Shown: positions 1-12,858, counted from the stretch's first letter. The stretch is 64,000 bases of DNA from Octopus vulgaris (GCA_951406725.2 OX597820.1:99386001-99450000); one strand, 5' to 3'. The notes: a model not told the origin generated them from the sequence alone. Made by a program: numbers and translations.

Positions 1-95
<95 letters not shown>

Positions 96-97
96 CA

Positions 98-144
<47 letters not shown>

Positions 145-192
145 TATGCATATATATACATATGAATACATATATATACATACACACACATA
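1..192. repeat. (TA)n/(CA)n microsatellite
   Basis: Direct reading of TA and CA dinucleotide runs. Confidence 0.95.
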
Positions 193-3061
193 CTTCTATG
201 AAGAAACATCTATGGAAATGCCAGACCCAGGAATTCACAGTAAACACCAAGGCGACACTGCAGAACAGGGGCAACCTCAGAATCATACATATATCATCAT
301 CATTTAACATCTATGTTCTATGTTGTCACGTGTTAACGGTTTGATTGAAAACTGATAAGCTGGGGAGCTGCACCAGGTTCCAATCATATTTGACACTGTT
401 TTTAAGGCTGGATGCCCTTTCTAACACCAAACACTCCAAGAATGTAGTGTATATATATAAATATATATATGTAGTAGCTGGCTTCATGCTGTCAAAAACG
501 ACAGCTAATATTATATATAAATACGGTACATAATAATCACAGATACAAACATTCACATACTTCCCTTATACACATATACTCACAGAGTTGAAACGCTGTT
601 TGATTTTTCTTTTGAACATTGAATGTTCACCATTCCACTTCCAGTTTGATATCACCTCTTTCTTCCTTATTCATCTATCACCCCTTACTTTTTCAGTCAT
701 ATGTTGTGATGGAGAAATACAGAAGAGTATTATTATAGTAGACATTTACACACACACACACAGATAATGTGTGCATTAGTGTGTGCACTTGTCTGAATAT
801 CATATGATGGTTGTAAATGGTATCATCATATAAGCGAAGTTGTTTGTCTCTAGTCTTCTGTGAAAAAACATTTCTAAATATCTAGATATGGGAAAATATT
901 ACCTTACTTGGAACAAGTGAGATAGCAGGAAGGGCACCCAACTGTAGAAAATCTACCTCAACAAATTCCGCCTGACCCATGCAAACTTGAAATAGTGGAC
1001 ATTAAATGATGATCCTGTGTGTGTATTTGTCCTGACATCATGTGATAGCTGTAAGCAACTGTCATTGTAATATAAATGATGTCCTTCGTTTTCAATCTTC
1101 TATGCAAACACGTCCAGCCATAAAGAGATATTTCCTTGCTAGTAAACAAAGTAAGGGTTGACGATAGGAAGGGCATCTGGTTGCAGAAAATCTGCCTACA
1201 CGAATTCCGTTTGATTCAGGCAAGCAGGAAAGTGGACTTGAATACGACGACGACTTATCACAAAATGTAAGCAAACTCATGTCACAATGAGCCAACGACA
1301 GAACCCCACCCTTACATAGCCACCTACACACGGCAGTTAAATATGCCACGAATAACATTCTATCGTCTTTAGATAGGAAGAACATATTGGTCAACACAAT
1401 CAAATATACAAAGATAGTAAAATGAAAAATATAACACCTTTGATCATCAGTCATTTTCGATCAGAGTTGACCAGCAACTATCATTATTCATGTATTTAAA
1501 TTAGAGCATTCCTATACAATAGAGTCGGAAATTATTATCAGCACCAAGAACCATTATTTCTTTGGCCGTGTAGGTTTCATGCGTTATATTCTGGGGGAAA
1601 AATAAAAAGTAGCACTCCATACCACCGCCTTCTTTTGTGATTTTTCAGTTTGACATTTTTCTTTCGAAATTATTTTCCGTATTTGTCTTATATATATCCA
1701 AGATTATGTTTCTTTAAAAATGAGAGTAGCATAAATGTGGAAATTTTTTGGAAAAAATTCAAAACTGAAAAACCAAAAAAAAGAAGAAAAAAGAGCGAGG
1801 TGGGGAGAGGAATCTCACCACTATTTTTTTTTCTTTCTGCAGGATCGTAATCTATGATGCTTGAAACATACGCAAAGAAATTATGATGTTAGTTGTTTTG
1901 TTTTCGCTTTGCTTGTTATTATTATTATTATTATTATTACTATTTATTATTTTTTTTTGAGTATTAGATAATTTTCGACTCTATTCTAAACGAATAATTT
2001 CAATATTTATCCTGTATTCTTAGACTGCTTCGTCAAGATCACTTTTATTAAACGCAAACAAGTACAGCTGTACGCGTCTTCTCTCGGGGCGAATAAAATT
2101 CTTGTAAAGCGAACAAATTAGGGAAACCGAAATGCCAAATTCCCGTTGTCATTCAAACGCTTGTAACTGCGTAAATTTACAGCGATGAGGTGGAATAAAA
2201 CTATTTAAATAAGTCCTCTTGAAAATTTTTTAATTAGCTTTTAAATTTCAATTAATTTTCGCATTTAACAATATTTCACATGCAAACACCACAGACTGAG
2301 CAATCCTCAGTAGATGCTTCGAAATCAACTTGAGCGTACATTTTCGACTTGAAGTCATAAACACATTCGAGGCAGAAAACAACAACAACAACAAAAAAAA
2401 AACGTAATTCTAGATATACTATGTTCAGAAGAAAACATAAGATGCTTACGACTGGAACAAATTTAATCATAGATCTGTTTAATCAGACAAACCTATGATC
2501 AAACTATAAACAGGGGTGGTACGAATGTTTTTAGGTGTGTGTGTGTGTGTGTGTGAAACTTTTTCAGTCAATTTGTTTTGAATTTAAATACCACCAGATT
2601 GAAATTATGTTTTACATTTTTCCCAATCTGTTTCCGTGTTGGGAGGAAAAAAAATAATAACTAACAAAATTGTAATTCTATCCGTATCTTTTAAAATCAA
2701 TTTAATTATATAAACATGGAGGATTCAGGTGAATTTCAGAGGAGATTAATACGCGACTGAATTCTCCACATTTGCAAACAAAATACAATATTAATGTTTT
2801 TGTTTTTTAAAAATAAAATCGGCGCAAGAACCTCTTGATACTAGTTATATACAATCCATAGAAATTTATAAATATGAAGATGTAAATACAAATGTTAATA
2901 CAGGGGGAAATATCAAAGGATAGTAAGTGATTCATTCTTGTAAACGATATTGAACAATCCCAGGTTCAAGCCAATACATAACATAGTGAAGTAAAAAATA
3001 TGTAAAATAGATCCAACGGTACAGAAGCGCAATTCGTAAATTAGTGGACAATATATCTCAC

Positions 3062-3174
3062 CTGGATGTTGTCTTCCCAACACCACCTTTTCCACCGACA
3101 AACACCCACTTTAAGGACTGTTGGTCAATAATGTTTTTAAGTGAAGGATCATATTCAACTTCAGCGGCAGCCAT
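3062..3174 (-). CDS. ASNA1: ATPase ASNA1/GET3 (TRC40, ArsA family), first coding exon; gene continues left of the window
   Basis: Reverse strand translates to [37 protein letters not shown]. This contains the deviant Walker A motif GKGGVGKTT and the preceding SLKW(I/V)FVGG typical of GET3. It ends in a phase-2 donor AG/gtgaga. It is absent from the ORF track because it is short. Confidence 0.93.
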
Positions 3175-3310
3175 GATGATACTATTCGGTGTTTCAACTG
3201 ATATTGTCCCTTGTTAAAAAAAATACCGAAATTAAATCGTACCGCAAAAAATATAAATTTGATACATATCTCTATAATAAGCTAGTCGTTGTGGGGGCGG
3301 AACGGACACA
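3175..3310 (-). promoter_or_regulatory. Probable 5'UTR/proximal promoter of ASNA1
   Basis: Directly upstream of the ATG, relatively CpG-containing, with a GC box (GGGGCGG) at ~3294-3300. TSS not determinable. Confidence 0.35.
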
Positions 3311-3332
3311 CGCATACACACACACATGTAAG

Positions 3333-3389
<57 letters not shown>

Positions 3390-3515
3390 CATCATCATCA
3401 TCATCATCGTTTAGCGTCCGTTTTCTATGCTAGCATATATATATATATGTGTGTGTGTGTGTATATATATATGTGTGCGTGTATATATATATATATATGT
3501 ATGCGTGTATATATA

Positions 3516-3576
<61 letters not shown>

Positions 3577-3651
3577 TCAAAATAAGCAACAAGAATGACT
3601 CCAGTAATTTAGAGTCCAAATTACCGGAGTCATTCTTGTTGCTTATTTTGA
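3577..3651. repeat. Fold-back hairpin (34-bp arms, 7-nt loop) abutting a (TA)n tract
   Basis: TCAAAATAAGCAACAAGAATGACTCCAGTAATTT / AAATTACCGGAGTCATTCTTGTTGCTTATTTTGA, one mismatch. Confidence 0.9.
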
Positions 3652-4064
3652 TTATAATCACCCCACGGATTTATATGGATAACACCATGCAGAATTCTGG
3701 TGCATCTAAATTAAGTACCATATTCATTTGAATCTAAATTTTGCTGAACTTATATATATGCACACGCGCGCGCGTGTGTGTGTGTGTGTGTATGTGTGTG
3801 TGTATGAATATGCATACATGCACACACATATATATACAAAAATATATATGTATGTATATATATATAACTCATGTTCAGTTAATTGAAGGAAAGAAAATGA
3901 AGAGTTAAAAGTTAATAATTATTTATTATCACAAAAATTGGTAATCTTCATTTCTTTACGGTTGTTTCCATTAGTGCCCAATAGGTAAATGATAAATTTA
4001 TGCTTTAAATTTGCATTTATATGTTATGAGCATTATTTCATCAGAAAAAAAGATATACTAACTG

Positions 4065-4268
4065 GCCCTCATGCCGGTGGTGCATAAAAGGTACCCACTA
4101 CACTCTTGGAGTGGTTGGCGTTAGGAAGGGCATCTAGCTGTAGAAACTCTGCCAGATCAAGATTGGAGCCTGGTGAAACCTTCTGGCTTGCCAGCCCTCA
4201 GTCAGACCGTCCAACCCATGCCAGCATGGAAAGCAGACGTTAAACAACAATGGTGATGATGATGATGA
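4065..4268 (+). mobile_element. RTE LINE 3' end with (GAT)n tail
   Basis: Same sequence as the 3' terminus of the RTE copy at 45213-46513 (GTTAGGAAGGGCATC...CCAACCCATGC...GACGTTAAAC(GAT)n). Confidence 0.8.
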
Positions 4269-4379
4269 TAGAAATATTACATTTCTAAATCTCTCAGAGA
4301 GATTTATACAGTAGCTGGAAAACAAACAAAAGTATTGAAAAGAAATTGGAGGTATTTCAAAATAAATGTTTACAAAAAA

Positions 4380-5190
4380 TTTTGAAGGTCTACTGGCTGA
4401 ATATGATGTCAAATAGCCAACTATAGACCAAAGCTAATGTGATACCAATAAGAGAAACTATTGAAACAAGGAGCTGGAAATGGTTGGGTCGAGTCTGTCA
4501 CAGTAAACTGAACTCAATTGTCTGAATCATATTGCAATGAGTTCCACAAGGTAAAAGAAGATGTGGCTGACCAAAGAAAATGTGGTGGAGAACATTAACA
4601 ACAGACCTTAAAAGCTGAGGGTTAACAATGGAACAAGCAGTCAAGCATGCTCTCAGTGCAACCCAATCTAGGCCCCCATGTCTACGGCGTTCGCCGCTAG
4701 AATAGGGAGTGGTTGGAGATCACGCGGTCATTAGCCTCAAGTCGCTAGGCCTGGTCGGCGTTTGTGAGAGATGCAGCATTGAGGATGAATGAAGCCAGCT
4801 CAACCCACCCCGGATGATTGCTGTCTCAGGTCAGATCTGTTTCTTTTCTTAAAAAATATTGATTTCTTTACTACCCACAAGGGGCTAAACACAGAGAGGA
4901 CAAACAATGACAGACAAACGGATTAAGTTGATTATATCGACCCCAGTGCGTAACTGGTACTTATTTAATCGACCCCGAAAGGATGAAAAGCAAAGTCGAC
5001 CTCGGCGGAATTTGAACTCAGAACCTAACAGCAGACGAAATACAGCTACGCATTTCGCCTGGCGTGCTAATGTTTCTGCCAGCTCGCCGCCTTGTCTCAG
5101 GTCAGATCAGGATGCTCTCAGTGCTAGAAGGTGGAATGATCTCACTGTCACCTGAAGTGGCACAAGGCACAATGAGACTGAATGAATGAA
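4380..5190 (+). mobile_element. Nested retroelement stack: old LINE RT C-terminal fragment > LINE 3' fragment > SINE
   Basis: Degenerate RT C-terminal coding (WKWLG...PQGKRR) at 4470-4620. TSD ATGCTCTCAGTGC at ~4647 and ~5112. Inner TSD TGTCTCAGGTCAGATC at ~4822 and ~5093 around a SINE. Confidence 0.65.
4862..5091 (-). mobile_element. tRNA-derived SINE family A (Nin/Deu-like central domain)
   Basis: Minus strand starts GGCGGCGAGCTGGCAGAA (A box), has a GTTCAAATTCC B box, a central CTTTCATCCTTTCGGGGTCGAT..AAGTACCAG-type segment, and ends CCCCTTGTGGGTAGTAAAGAAAT. Many copies in the window. Confidence 0.85.
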
Positions 5191-5332
5191 TGAATTGCTG
5201 AGAAAGGTTGATGTGTAAATTCGTGAAGCTTTCCATATTTTTATGTAAGTAACAAAGATTTAATACATTTGAATGAAATGTCACACCTGATTTTGTCTCT
5301 TTGATTTTTCTTAAAGGTTTATGATGATGATA

Positions 5333-5757
5333 ATCATCATCATCGTTTAACGTCCGCTTTCCATGCTAGCATGGGTTGGATGGTTCAGACTGGGGTCTGG
5401 GAAACCAGAAGGCTGTACCAGGCCCAGTCTGATTTGGCAATGTTTCTATGGCTGGATGCCCTTCCTAACGCCAACCACTCTGAGAGTGTAGTGGGTGCAT
5501 TTTACGTGCCACCGGCACAGGTGCCAGACAAAGCTGGCAAACTGCCATGATCGGATTGTGCTTTTTACGTGCCACCGGCATGGAGGCCAGGCAAGGCTGG
5601 CAACAGCCATGGATGGTGCTTTCTACATGCCACCGGCACAGAGGCCAGTCGGGGCGGCGCTGGCAACAGCCACGTTCAGATGGTTCTCTTACGTGCGACC
5701 GGCACTGGTATCACAGCTACAATTTCCATTAATGTTGATCGATTTCGATTTTGATTT
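5333..5757 (-). mobile_element. RTE LINE 3'UTR with ~57-bp internal tandem units and (GAT)n tail
   Basis: Matches 46150-46513 in reverse; repeated GGTGCTTTTACGTGCCACCGGCAC units. Confidence 0.8.
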
Positions 5758-6093
5758 TTCTAAATCAAATTTTTTTGATAATTCTCTTAATTTATGTATT
5801 TCTTTTGCAAGATTCCTGATGTGAAATTGTGTGCTGAAACAGATATTGTTATACCTGGGGATGGTCATATTTTACTAATTAAACACACACACTCTACATT
5901 TGATCTTCACTTGACCTTTAAAATAATAGTAATAAAGCTGAAGTGAAGACCAAATATATTGTACATGTTTTTAAATTGGCAAAATAGGACCATCTCCAAG
6001 TATAACAGTTCTCTTAGTGTTATTGTGAATTTTCAACTATGGTTTATTTATATAACACAACCTATGCAGAAATCCCTAACTTTTTTTCACTAT

Positions 6094-6510
6094 AGGTGCA
6101 GGAGTGGCTGTGTGGTAAGTAGCTTGCTTACCAACCACATGGTTCCGGGTTCAGTCCCACTGCGTGGCATCTTGGGCAAGTGTCTTCTGCTATAGGCTCG
6201 GGCCGACCAATGCCTTGTGAGTGGATTTGGTAGACGGAAACTGAAAAGAAGCCTGTCGTATATATGTACATATATATATGTGTGTGTGTGTGTGTGTTTG
6301 TGTGTCTGTGTTTGTCCCCCTAGCATTGCTTGACAACCGATGCTGGTGTGTTTGTGTCCCCGATACTTAGCGGTTCAGCAAAAGAGACCAATAGAATAAG
6401 TACTGGGCTTACAAAAAGAATAAGTCCCGGGATCGAGTTGCTCGATTAAAGGCGGTGCTCCAGCATGGCCGCAGTCAAATGAATGAAAACAGTAAAAGAG
6501 AGTAAAGAGT
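6094..6510 (+). mobile_element. tRNA-derived SINE family B (internal TA/TG microsatellite, AAGAG-type tail)
   Basis: GCAGGAGTGGCTGTGTGGTAAG A box, GGTTCAGTCCC B box, CTTGGGCAAGT core-like motif; about 15 copies in the window. Confidence 0.88.
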
Positions 6511-6541
6511 ATACACATGTACATGCATGCATGCGCACACG

Positions 6542-6593
<52 letters not shown>

Positions 6594-6595
<2 letters not shown>

Positions 6596-6810
6596 GCAGT
6601 GGTCAAAATTAGAGAACAAAAAGAAAAAAATAATGATATTTACATTTCTACTTCATTTTTCTGAACAGGATTTTTATAGAATATATTTCAAAGTATGTTC
6701 ATTATTTACAATAAGTTTTGTAAGAAGTAAATAATAACTAAATAATTTATAATAGAAAAATGTTTATTTGAAAAATACAAGATAAACCAAATTAGAGAAC
6801 ATATGACGTA
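6594..6810. mobile_element. Possible Tc1-like transposon end (TA-CAG terminus with inner direct repeat)
   Basis: TA|CAGCAGTGGTCAAAATTAGAGAACA, with AAATTAGAGAACA repeated ~185 bp inward as in IR/DR-type Tc1 ends. Partner end not found. Confidence 0.35.
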
Positions 6811-6871
6811 AAATCCATAATTTTGCTAACAATTTTTACAATCCACATCAATGTATTAATAAGATGTGTAC

Positions 6872-7271
6872 AGGCGCAGGAGTGGCTGTGTGGTAAGTAG
6901 CTTGCTTACCAACCACATGGTTCCGGGTTCAGTCCCACTGTGTGGCATCTTGGGCAAGTGTCTTCTACTATAGCCTCGGGCCGACCAAAGCTTTGTGAGT
7001 GGATTTAGTAGACGGAAAATGAAAGAAGCCCGTCGTATATATGTATATGTATATATACATGTGTGTGTGTTTGTGTGTCTGTGTTTGTCCCCCCGACATC
7101 GCTTGACAACCGATACTGGTGTGTTTATGTCCCTGTAACTTAGCGGTTCAACAAAAGAGACCGATAGAATAAGTACTAGGCTTACAAAGAATAAGTCCTG
7201 GGATCGATTTGCTCGACTAAAGGTGGTGCTCTAGCATGACCGCAGTCAAATGACTGAAACAAGTAAAAGAG
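6872..7271 (+). mobile_element. SINE family B copy
   Basis: Near-identical to 6094-6510. Confidence 0.88.
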
Positions 7272-7689
7272 CAAAGAAATTTTTGGAAGAAATTGCCCAG
7301 TTCACTTACATGGAGAACAAAAGTTAGTTCATTGGAGTTATGTCCCTTGGATTAGGACTTAAAACCGCTGCTTCAGTATACATGATATAGTTTGGTTGAA
7401 GTGAGCGTGAAGTGGGGGTAGAGGTGTGGGGGGATATTTGGAGTGGGGATGAGGGATGGTGGGGAAGAGTTAATTTTAAAATCATGTATGTATATGTGTG
7501 TATGTGCATGTATACATATCAAAGTTGGGTCACCACATCTTAAATTCATCAGATTGCAGTGAAAGGTAACTCCAATGGCAGAGCTGCAATGTTTATATTT
7601 ATGGTACAGTTGGCCAGTTTGCCAAGGCATATCTGTATTCATGAGGGCAAGAGCAAAAAATCTCACTTTTACAGGTTACTTAGGTACCT

Positions 7690-8570
7690 GGATGAAGAGA
7701 GTTCTTTCGGATGATTTTTCAGCCAAACAGAGCCTGCACCACTTACTGCTGTTAAAGTATGGTTTCCACTTTTCTAATATCATCCACTTGATATTTTATT
7801 GCACAGTATTTTTCTTCATGAATTACAACCGTGTTTCGTGATCTGCTACCACAACAGCTCGTTTATAGGATCCAGTTAGCTCAAGACATCATCAGGAGGA
7901 ACCACATCCGGTTTCGGTCCCTACTCCTCTACTGATTTGACGTGGCGCCCCTCCCTCCTTTCAGAGGTGTCTTCAGCTCTGGTGTTGGGTGCATGTCTTC
8001 TTTCTTCTGTTCCCTGGCCTCTACGATGTATCGTCAGCCGGTGACTGACTTTTTTGTCAAATTTTTCCCTTTAAATACCTGCCGCATAGGCTCCAGCAGG
8101 CAGCCCCAGCAAGTTGTCACGTGACACTGTCTCACCTTAACTGACTAGTGAAGGTGTGTAGTTTTAGCCCGCGCTTTTTCTAAACGACTGTCACCTGTCA
8201 GTCAGCGAAGCTCATTCAGTCAGCTTGTCTCACCTAATGATGTTTTTTCCCGTCGGCGTGTTTATGACTTTCAAGCCATTTTCGGTCTTCCCGCTTCAGC
8301 CATATATAGAAGCTGGCTTTTTTGACCGCCTCCTGTACTCTGCTTTGTTCAAACATGCTTCCTACTGTTGTGATATTTCAACTTCCTAATATATTAAACA
8401 AAGATTTGTGGTTGTAGAGTCTGGTTCTGAAGGGACCCTCTATTGCACCCACATATTTTTGCACATCCATCACTCCATTGATATCTTTCAACATCACCTT
8501 CACCTCATATACAATGGTTTCTGTATTGCACTGGCCATTTAGTAGTCATATGGCATTACCTCCAAATAAG
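7690..8570 (-). mobile_element. Penelope-like element GIY-YIG endonuclease relic, interrupted by a ~520-bp insertion
   Basis: Minus strand ~8400-8545 reads LLNGQCNTETIVYEVKVMLKDINGVMDVQKYVGAIEGPFRTRLYNHKS. ~7710-7795 reads NIKWMILEKWKPYFNSSKWCRLCLAEK. These match the IVY..YVG..F..R..NH and C.LCL.EK motifs of PLE endonucleases. Confidence 0.75.
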
Positions 8571-8913
8571 CAACCAGCCTCTATGTTACCTAGGAACCAT
8601 GTTGGACGGTTTTAGTTTCCGCCATAATGATATATGAGGTAATCTATAGTGTAATGCTTCAGCTACAGTTATTTCTAATGCTGCCATTTTTGTTCTGTGA
8701 AAAGTTAACAATGCTTTGAAGAGGTTTGTTTGTTTCAGTATGCAGTTTATTGTTTTCACAGTAACACTGAAACCATCCATCCACCCATCTTCTCCATCCA
8801 CTCTTACTGGGAGTGTCACGAAGTAAAGTCCTCAGACACTTCTTCCATAGGGTCCTATCAAAAGCAACCATCATTATACTTTTTGGCATGATCAACTGAG
8901 ACTATCAATACTT

Positions 8914-9143
8914 ATTTCTTTACTGCCCACAAGGGCCTACACACAGAGGGGACAAACAAGGGCAGACAAATAGATTAAGTCAATTATACCAACCCCAGTG
9001 TGTAACTGGTACTCAATTTATCGTCCCCAAAAGGATGAAAGGCAAAGTCAACCTCGGCGGAATTTGAACTCAGAATGTAGCAGCAGGCGAAATACCACTA
9101 AGCATTTTGCCTGGCATGCTAATGTTACTGCCAGCTTGCCGCC
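8914..9143 (-). mobile_element. SINE family A copy with TSD (TGAGACTATCAATACT)
   Basis: Homology to 4862-5091; 16-bp duplication at ~8897 and ~9144. Confidence 0.85.
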
Positions 9144-11540
9144 TGAGACTATCAATACTATCCAACCATTACATTCCTGGTCTACCTCTAGGTCTCCTGT
9201 CAGTTAGCTTGGCTTGAAGAATTTGTCCTACACGTGGAAGGTAGGCATGAAAACCAAATTGAAGAATGCAAGTTTGACACCAAACTCTATGGGTGAATTA
9301 TTGATTTGCACAATGATTATGCTTGACAAGTTTGTCAGTAGGTACGAGATTTCAAGAAATTACAAATAAATTTTGTTTGCCCCATATATTTTGACCATCA
9401 GCTTCAAAGAGATTCACATCTATTAGCTATTATTATTATTATTATAAAAGTTGGATTAATAGTGGTTCTTTCTCTGCTCTCCTTTAGTTGGTTACGCACT
9501 GTGTACAAGTTGGTAACCTGTTCTCAATCACTGCATTGATACCAGGATAACCCTAAAGAGAAGATTAGTCCTTCTCTTTAGGGCTAACAGATATTTCAGC
9601 CCCCAGCAGCAGCTGACACACTGAGGCTCACCATCACTCTGGCACCTTGATCAACTCATCTCCTGTAGAAGTGTTGAGGAAACAACATTTGATGAAACAA
9701 CATTTGCACATCAAACTTGGCCATGCAAAGTCTTACCATTTTATCCATTCTACACAACTATCAGAAAATCACAAGTTTCACCACGAAAGATCTTCTCATT
9801 TACGTCCATCTGATAAAGGTGACAGTATTATTTGCCCAGCACTTTTGTTCTCAATCTTTGTGGTCAACTAGTTACATAGTAGATACAGTTGGTCTGCAGT
9901 TTTTCCTAATTTGACAACAAAATGCCTTATTATCAGCGTCAAAAAATCATATCAAGTCGCGTTACTGTGTACTGAGCCAACACCTCCATCTTTCTACAAT
10001 AATCTTAGATCCTGTGCTGTGGGGCCGAAATTGCCTGCCCCCTGCTTTTAGCTGGTGATTCACCCTCAGTGAACAACATACTAAAACGTCGATTTCGTCA
10101 TTATTCGATTGTGATTGATGTCAAATCAGACAGTCCTTTCCTCCTAGGGAAAAAAGAAACCCCCGAAAATTAAAAGAAATTTTCTTCGTCCTTTTTATCT
10201 TTTTCGCTTCAAGCTGATTTTGACCTCCTTAAATAAGTAGTAAAAAACAATTTTCCAAGATCTGCCTTTTGTTTATGTTTCAAATTGTAGCATTTCCTTC
10301 TGTGACCTATTATAACAGCTGTAAAAGATTGTAGTGTACGATTGTACAGGAGGTAATTAACTGAGTTAACACCGGTAGGTCTCCAGTTAGTTGATGGTGA
10401 TTCAGCGTAACGTGTCCGAATTGGTGGTTACATAAAAGTATTGCACCACAAAATTAGCTTTATTTTTTGATAAACCGCACAGGAAGTATGTGGGATGACT
10501 TCGTAGGGTCAAACTTTGACACAATATCCAACATTAATTCTCGTCTTTTAGTCTCTACGGGATTAATGACGAAATCAATAAAGTGAAGGGAAACAACTTT
10601 AACAAATTGTTTTCAGGCACTGACTCTGTTTACTTCTGAAAAAGTAAAGTTGACTAATATTTTCTTTTAAGTCTGTAATAATAAGTGTAAAGAATAGAAT
10701 TACGTCTGCTCTCCACGATACAGTAATTATATTCGAGTGAAAAATATATAACAATATTAGACAATTAAGAAAAATAAAAAACGAAAGTAAAAACAAAAGC
10801 AAAACGAATAATTTTAGACTCACGCGTAATAATTAAATTAATTTAACAATTAAGAAAAAAAAAAAAACGTAAGGCTAAAATTTAGGGTTTGGGTTAGTGA
10901 CAGGATGTTGTCTCAGTTTTAGACGCAGCAAATAATTTTAGCTCAATAGAGGCAATCGATTGGTTAAAATTCGAAAAACTAAACTACGTTAAACTTACAA
11001 ATTACAATTTTCTCAAGAAAGCCAAGAGAAAAAGATGTTTTATTTTGACACATTCTACCAGTATACGAAGTTTAAAAGTGTTTAGTTAACTAGAAATTGT
11101 GTTGAAAACTACTGTTCAAAAGGAAAAGATCCAATGATATTTCATAACTATTAAACATGCAACAATGCTTTGTCCGTTGCAAGGATAAGTTCGATTCCAC
11201 GTCTGCATCGGTACCAGGATCGGTGCTGATGTATGATGAGAATGAGCTTTCGTTGCCGTAAGCCTAATATCCTCGATTCTTGAGGTTTTTATGGAGTATC
11301 ATACACGCTGACTGAATACTAGTCGCGTTGATTGCCACGAGGAGATAATCCTATTTATTCAACGAATCCCTATATAAAATATCCCTTCCGGCATTAGTTT
11401 GATTGTCAGATGATGAATCACTTTTTACCTGTTGGCCAGAGGCAGATACCTTGTAGAGGATGCCACCGATAGCGACTCATTTGCTCTATCAAGTCTTTAA
11501 TGTTGCTATAGAGTTAGGGTGGAGTTACTGATTTACCCAT

Positions 11541-11675
11541 ATCTGTGGTAGATCATTCTCTCAAGCAAATGATTTAACTACTCACAAACAAAATCACACA
11601 GAAGAGAAACCATATCACTATAATGTTGGCAATAAATCATTCTCCACAAGAAGTCTCTTAACTAGACATAAACGC
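11541..11675 (+). pseudogene. C2H2 zinc-finger gene fragment (1.5 degenerate fingers)
   Basis: Translates to [45 protein letters not shown]. The second finger has lost both Cys and there is no start or extended ORF. It closely resembles the fingers of the 21537 gene. Confidence 0.8.
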
Positions 11676-12589
11676 CCTAGTTGAACTTGTGCTAAAATAA
11701 CACAAGGCTTGTGTGGTTCACTCCACATTTCTCTGCTGCCCTTTTTCACCCCTGGATTTACTGCTTCACAGCGTTTTTCACCTCAGGAATTTACCACTGT
11801 ATTTCTGAACTCTCTCCCAGTGTATAATAAACATTTTTAAAAAAAACGCTTTCAACAAATAAACTTGAACTTGAAAATATTAGATAAGAAGTATTAATGA
11901 TTGATTAAAAGCTATTAATCAATTATAAAGAGATTTTATTTTCAGTATTACATTAATAAACTATTACAACTCTCAGAGAAAATAAAGTACAAACATGCTA
12001 TTGTTGCTCCTGTCATTTTTCATGTATTCTTAGAATTCTCCAGTCTGATGATAAAAACCTCCAGAAATGTGATAGACAGGAGTTCTAATATTGGTGTGTG
12101 ATCAGGGGTGGTGTTAAAGTGGAAGATAGGTGAGAGGTTAATAACAATAAAACAAAGATTAGAAAAAAAAATGGAGCTAATCATTGAATTATGATCTTTT
12201 TCTCAATTGGTTTCCTACACAAAAGGCAGTGATGAAGTTGTTCACCATATTTTTTTTACAAGTGGCATGGCCACATTTAAAACCCTGGTTCCAATGTTGC
12301 ATCATAAATACTGTACATGTGTTTTGTCCTTGGAACCCATCTGAAATGATAAATATACAATTTATAGTATTTGTCAGTATATTTAGATAGAAATCTAGAA
12401 ATCAAACAAATCATTAAAGAATTATGAATAAGAAATATTCTGCAGAAATGGTCATGAAAGGGTTAACATGTAGTAAATAAGTGTGTGTGCATGCAACTTT
12501 AGGTGTATAGGTAGAAGGGCGTCCTCTGTAGAAACCATGCCAAATTAGATGTATCTTTTACGTGAGTTGCTGAAGTATGGAACAAACTG

Positions 12590-12858
12590 CCGGCGTCAGT
12601 TGTTAGTTGTCGGAGCACTGCATCCTTCAAAACTTCCATGCTTCCTGAGATTCGCCAACACTACACCTGATTTTCTCACCTCCATCTGACTCATACACTG
12701 TTCACTTTCCAGACATTTGTACATTACTGCATATGCTTTATATGCACTTTTGACAAGTTGTGGTGCACCTGAGCACTGTATACAATAATTTCGTTCTTGT
12801 TGTTGTTGTTTCATTTTTATTATTATTATTATTATTGTTATTATTATTTTTATTATTA
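12590..12858 (+). mobile_element. CR1-type LINE 3' end with (ATT)n tail
   Basis: WNKLPASVV coding at 12578-12605, then GTGCACCTGAGCACTGTA; homologous to 39365-39610. Confidence 0.75.

Noticed and set aside
541-3000. ASNA1 exon 2 (expected STDPAH motif)
   Set aside because: No matching reading frame found; presumably left of the window.
5812-5860. Hammerhead-like CTGATGT...GAAAC..GTTA
   Set aside because: Core A9 is missing and there is no credible stem I or II.
10570-11135. Telomere-like TTAGGG/Helentron-type repeat
   Set aside because: Only one or two degenerate TTAGGG units and no verifiable termini or second copy in the window.
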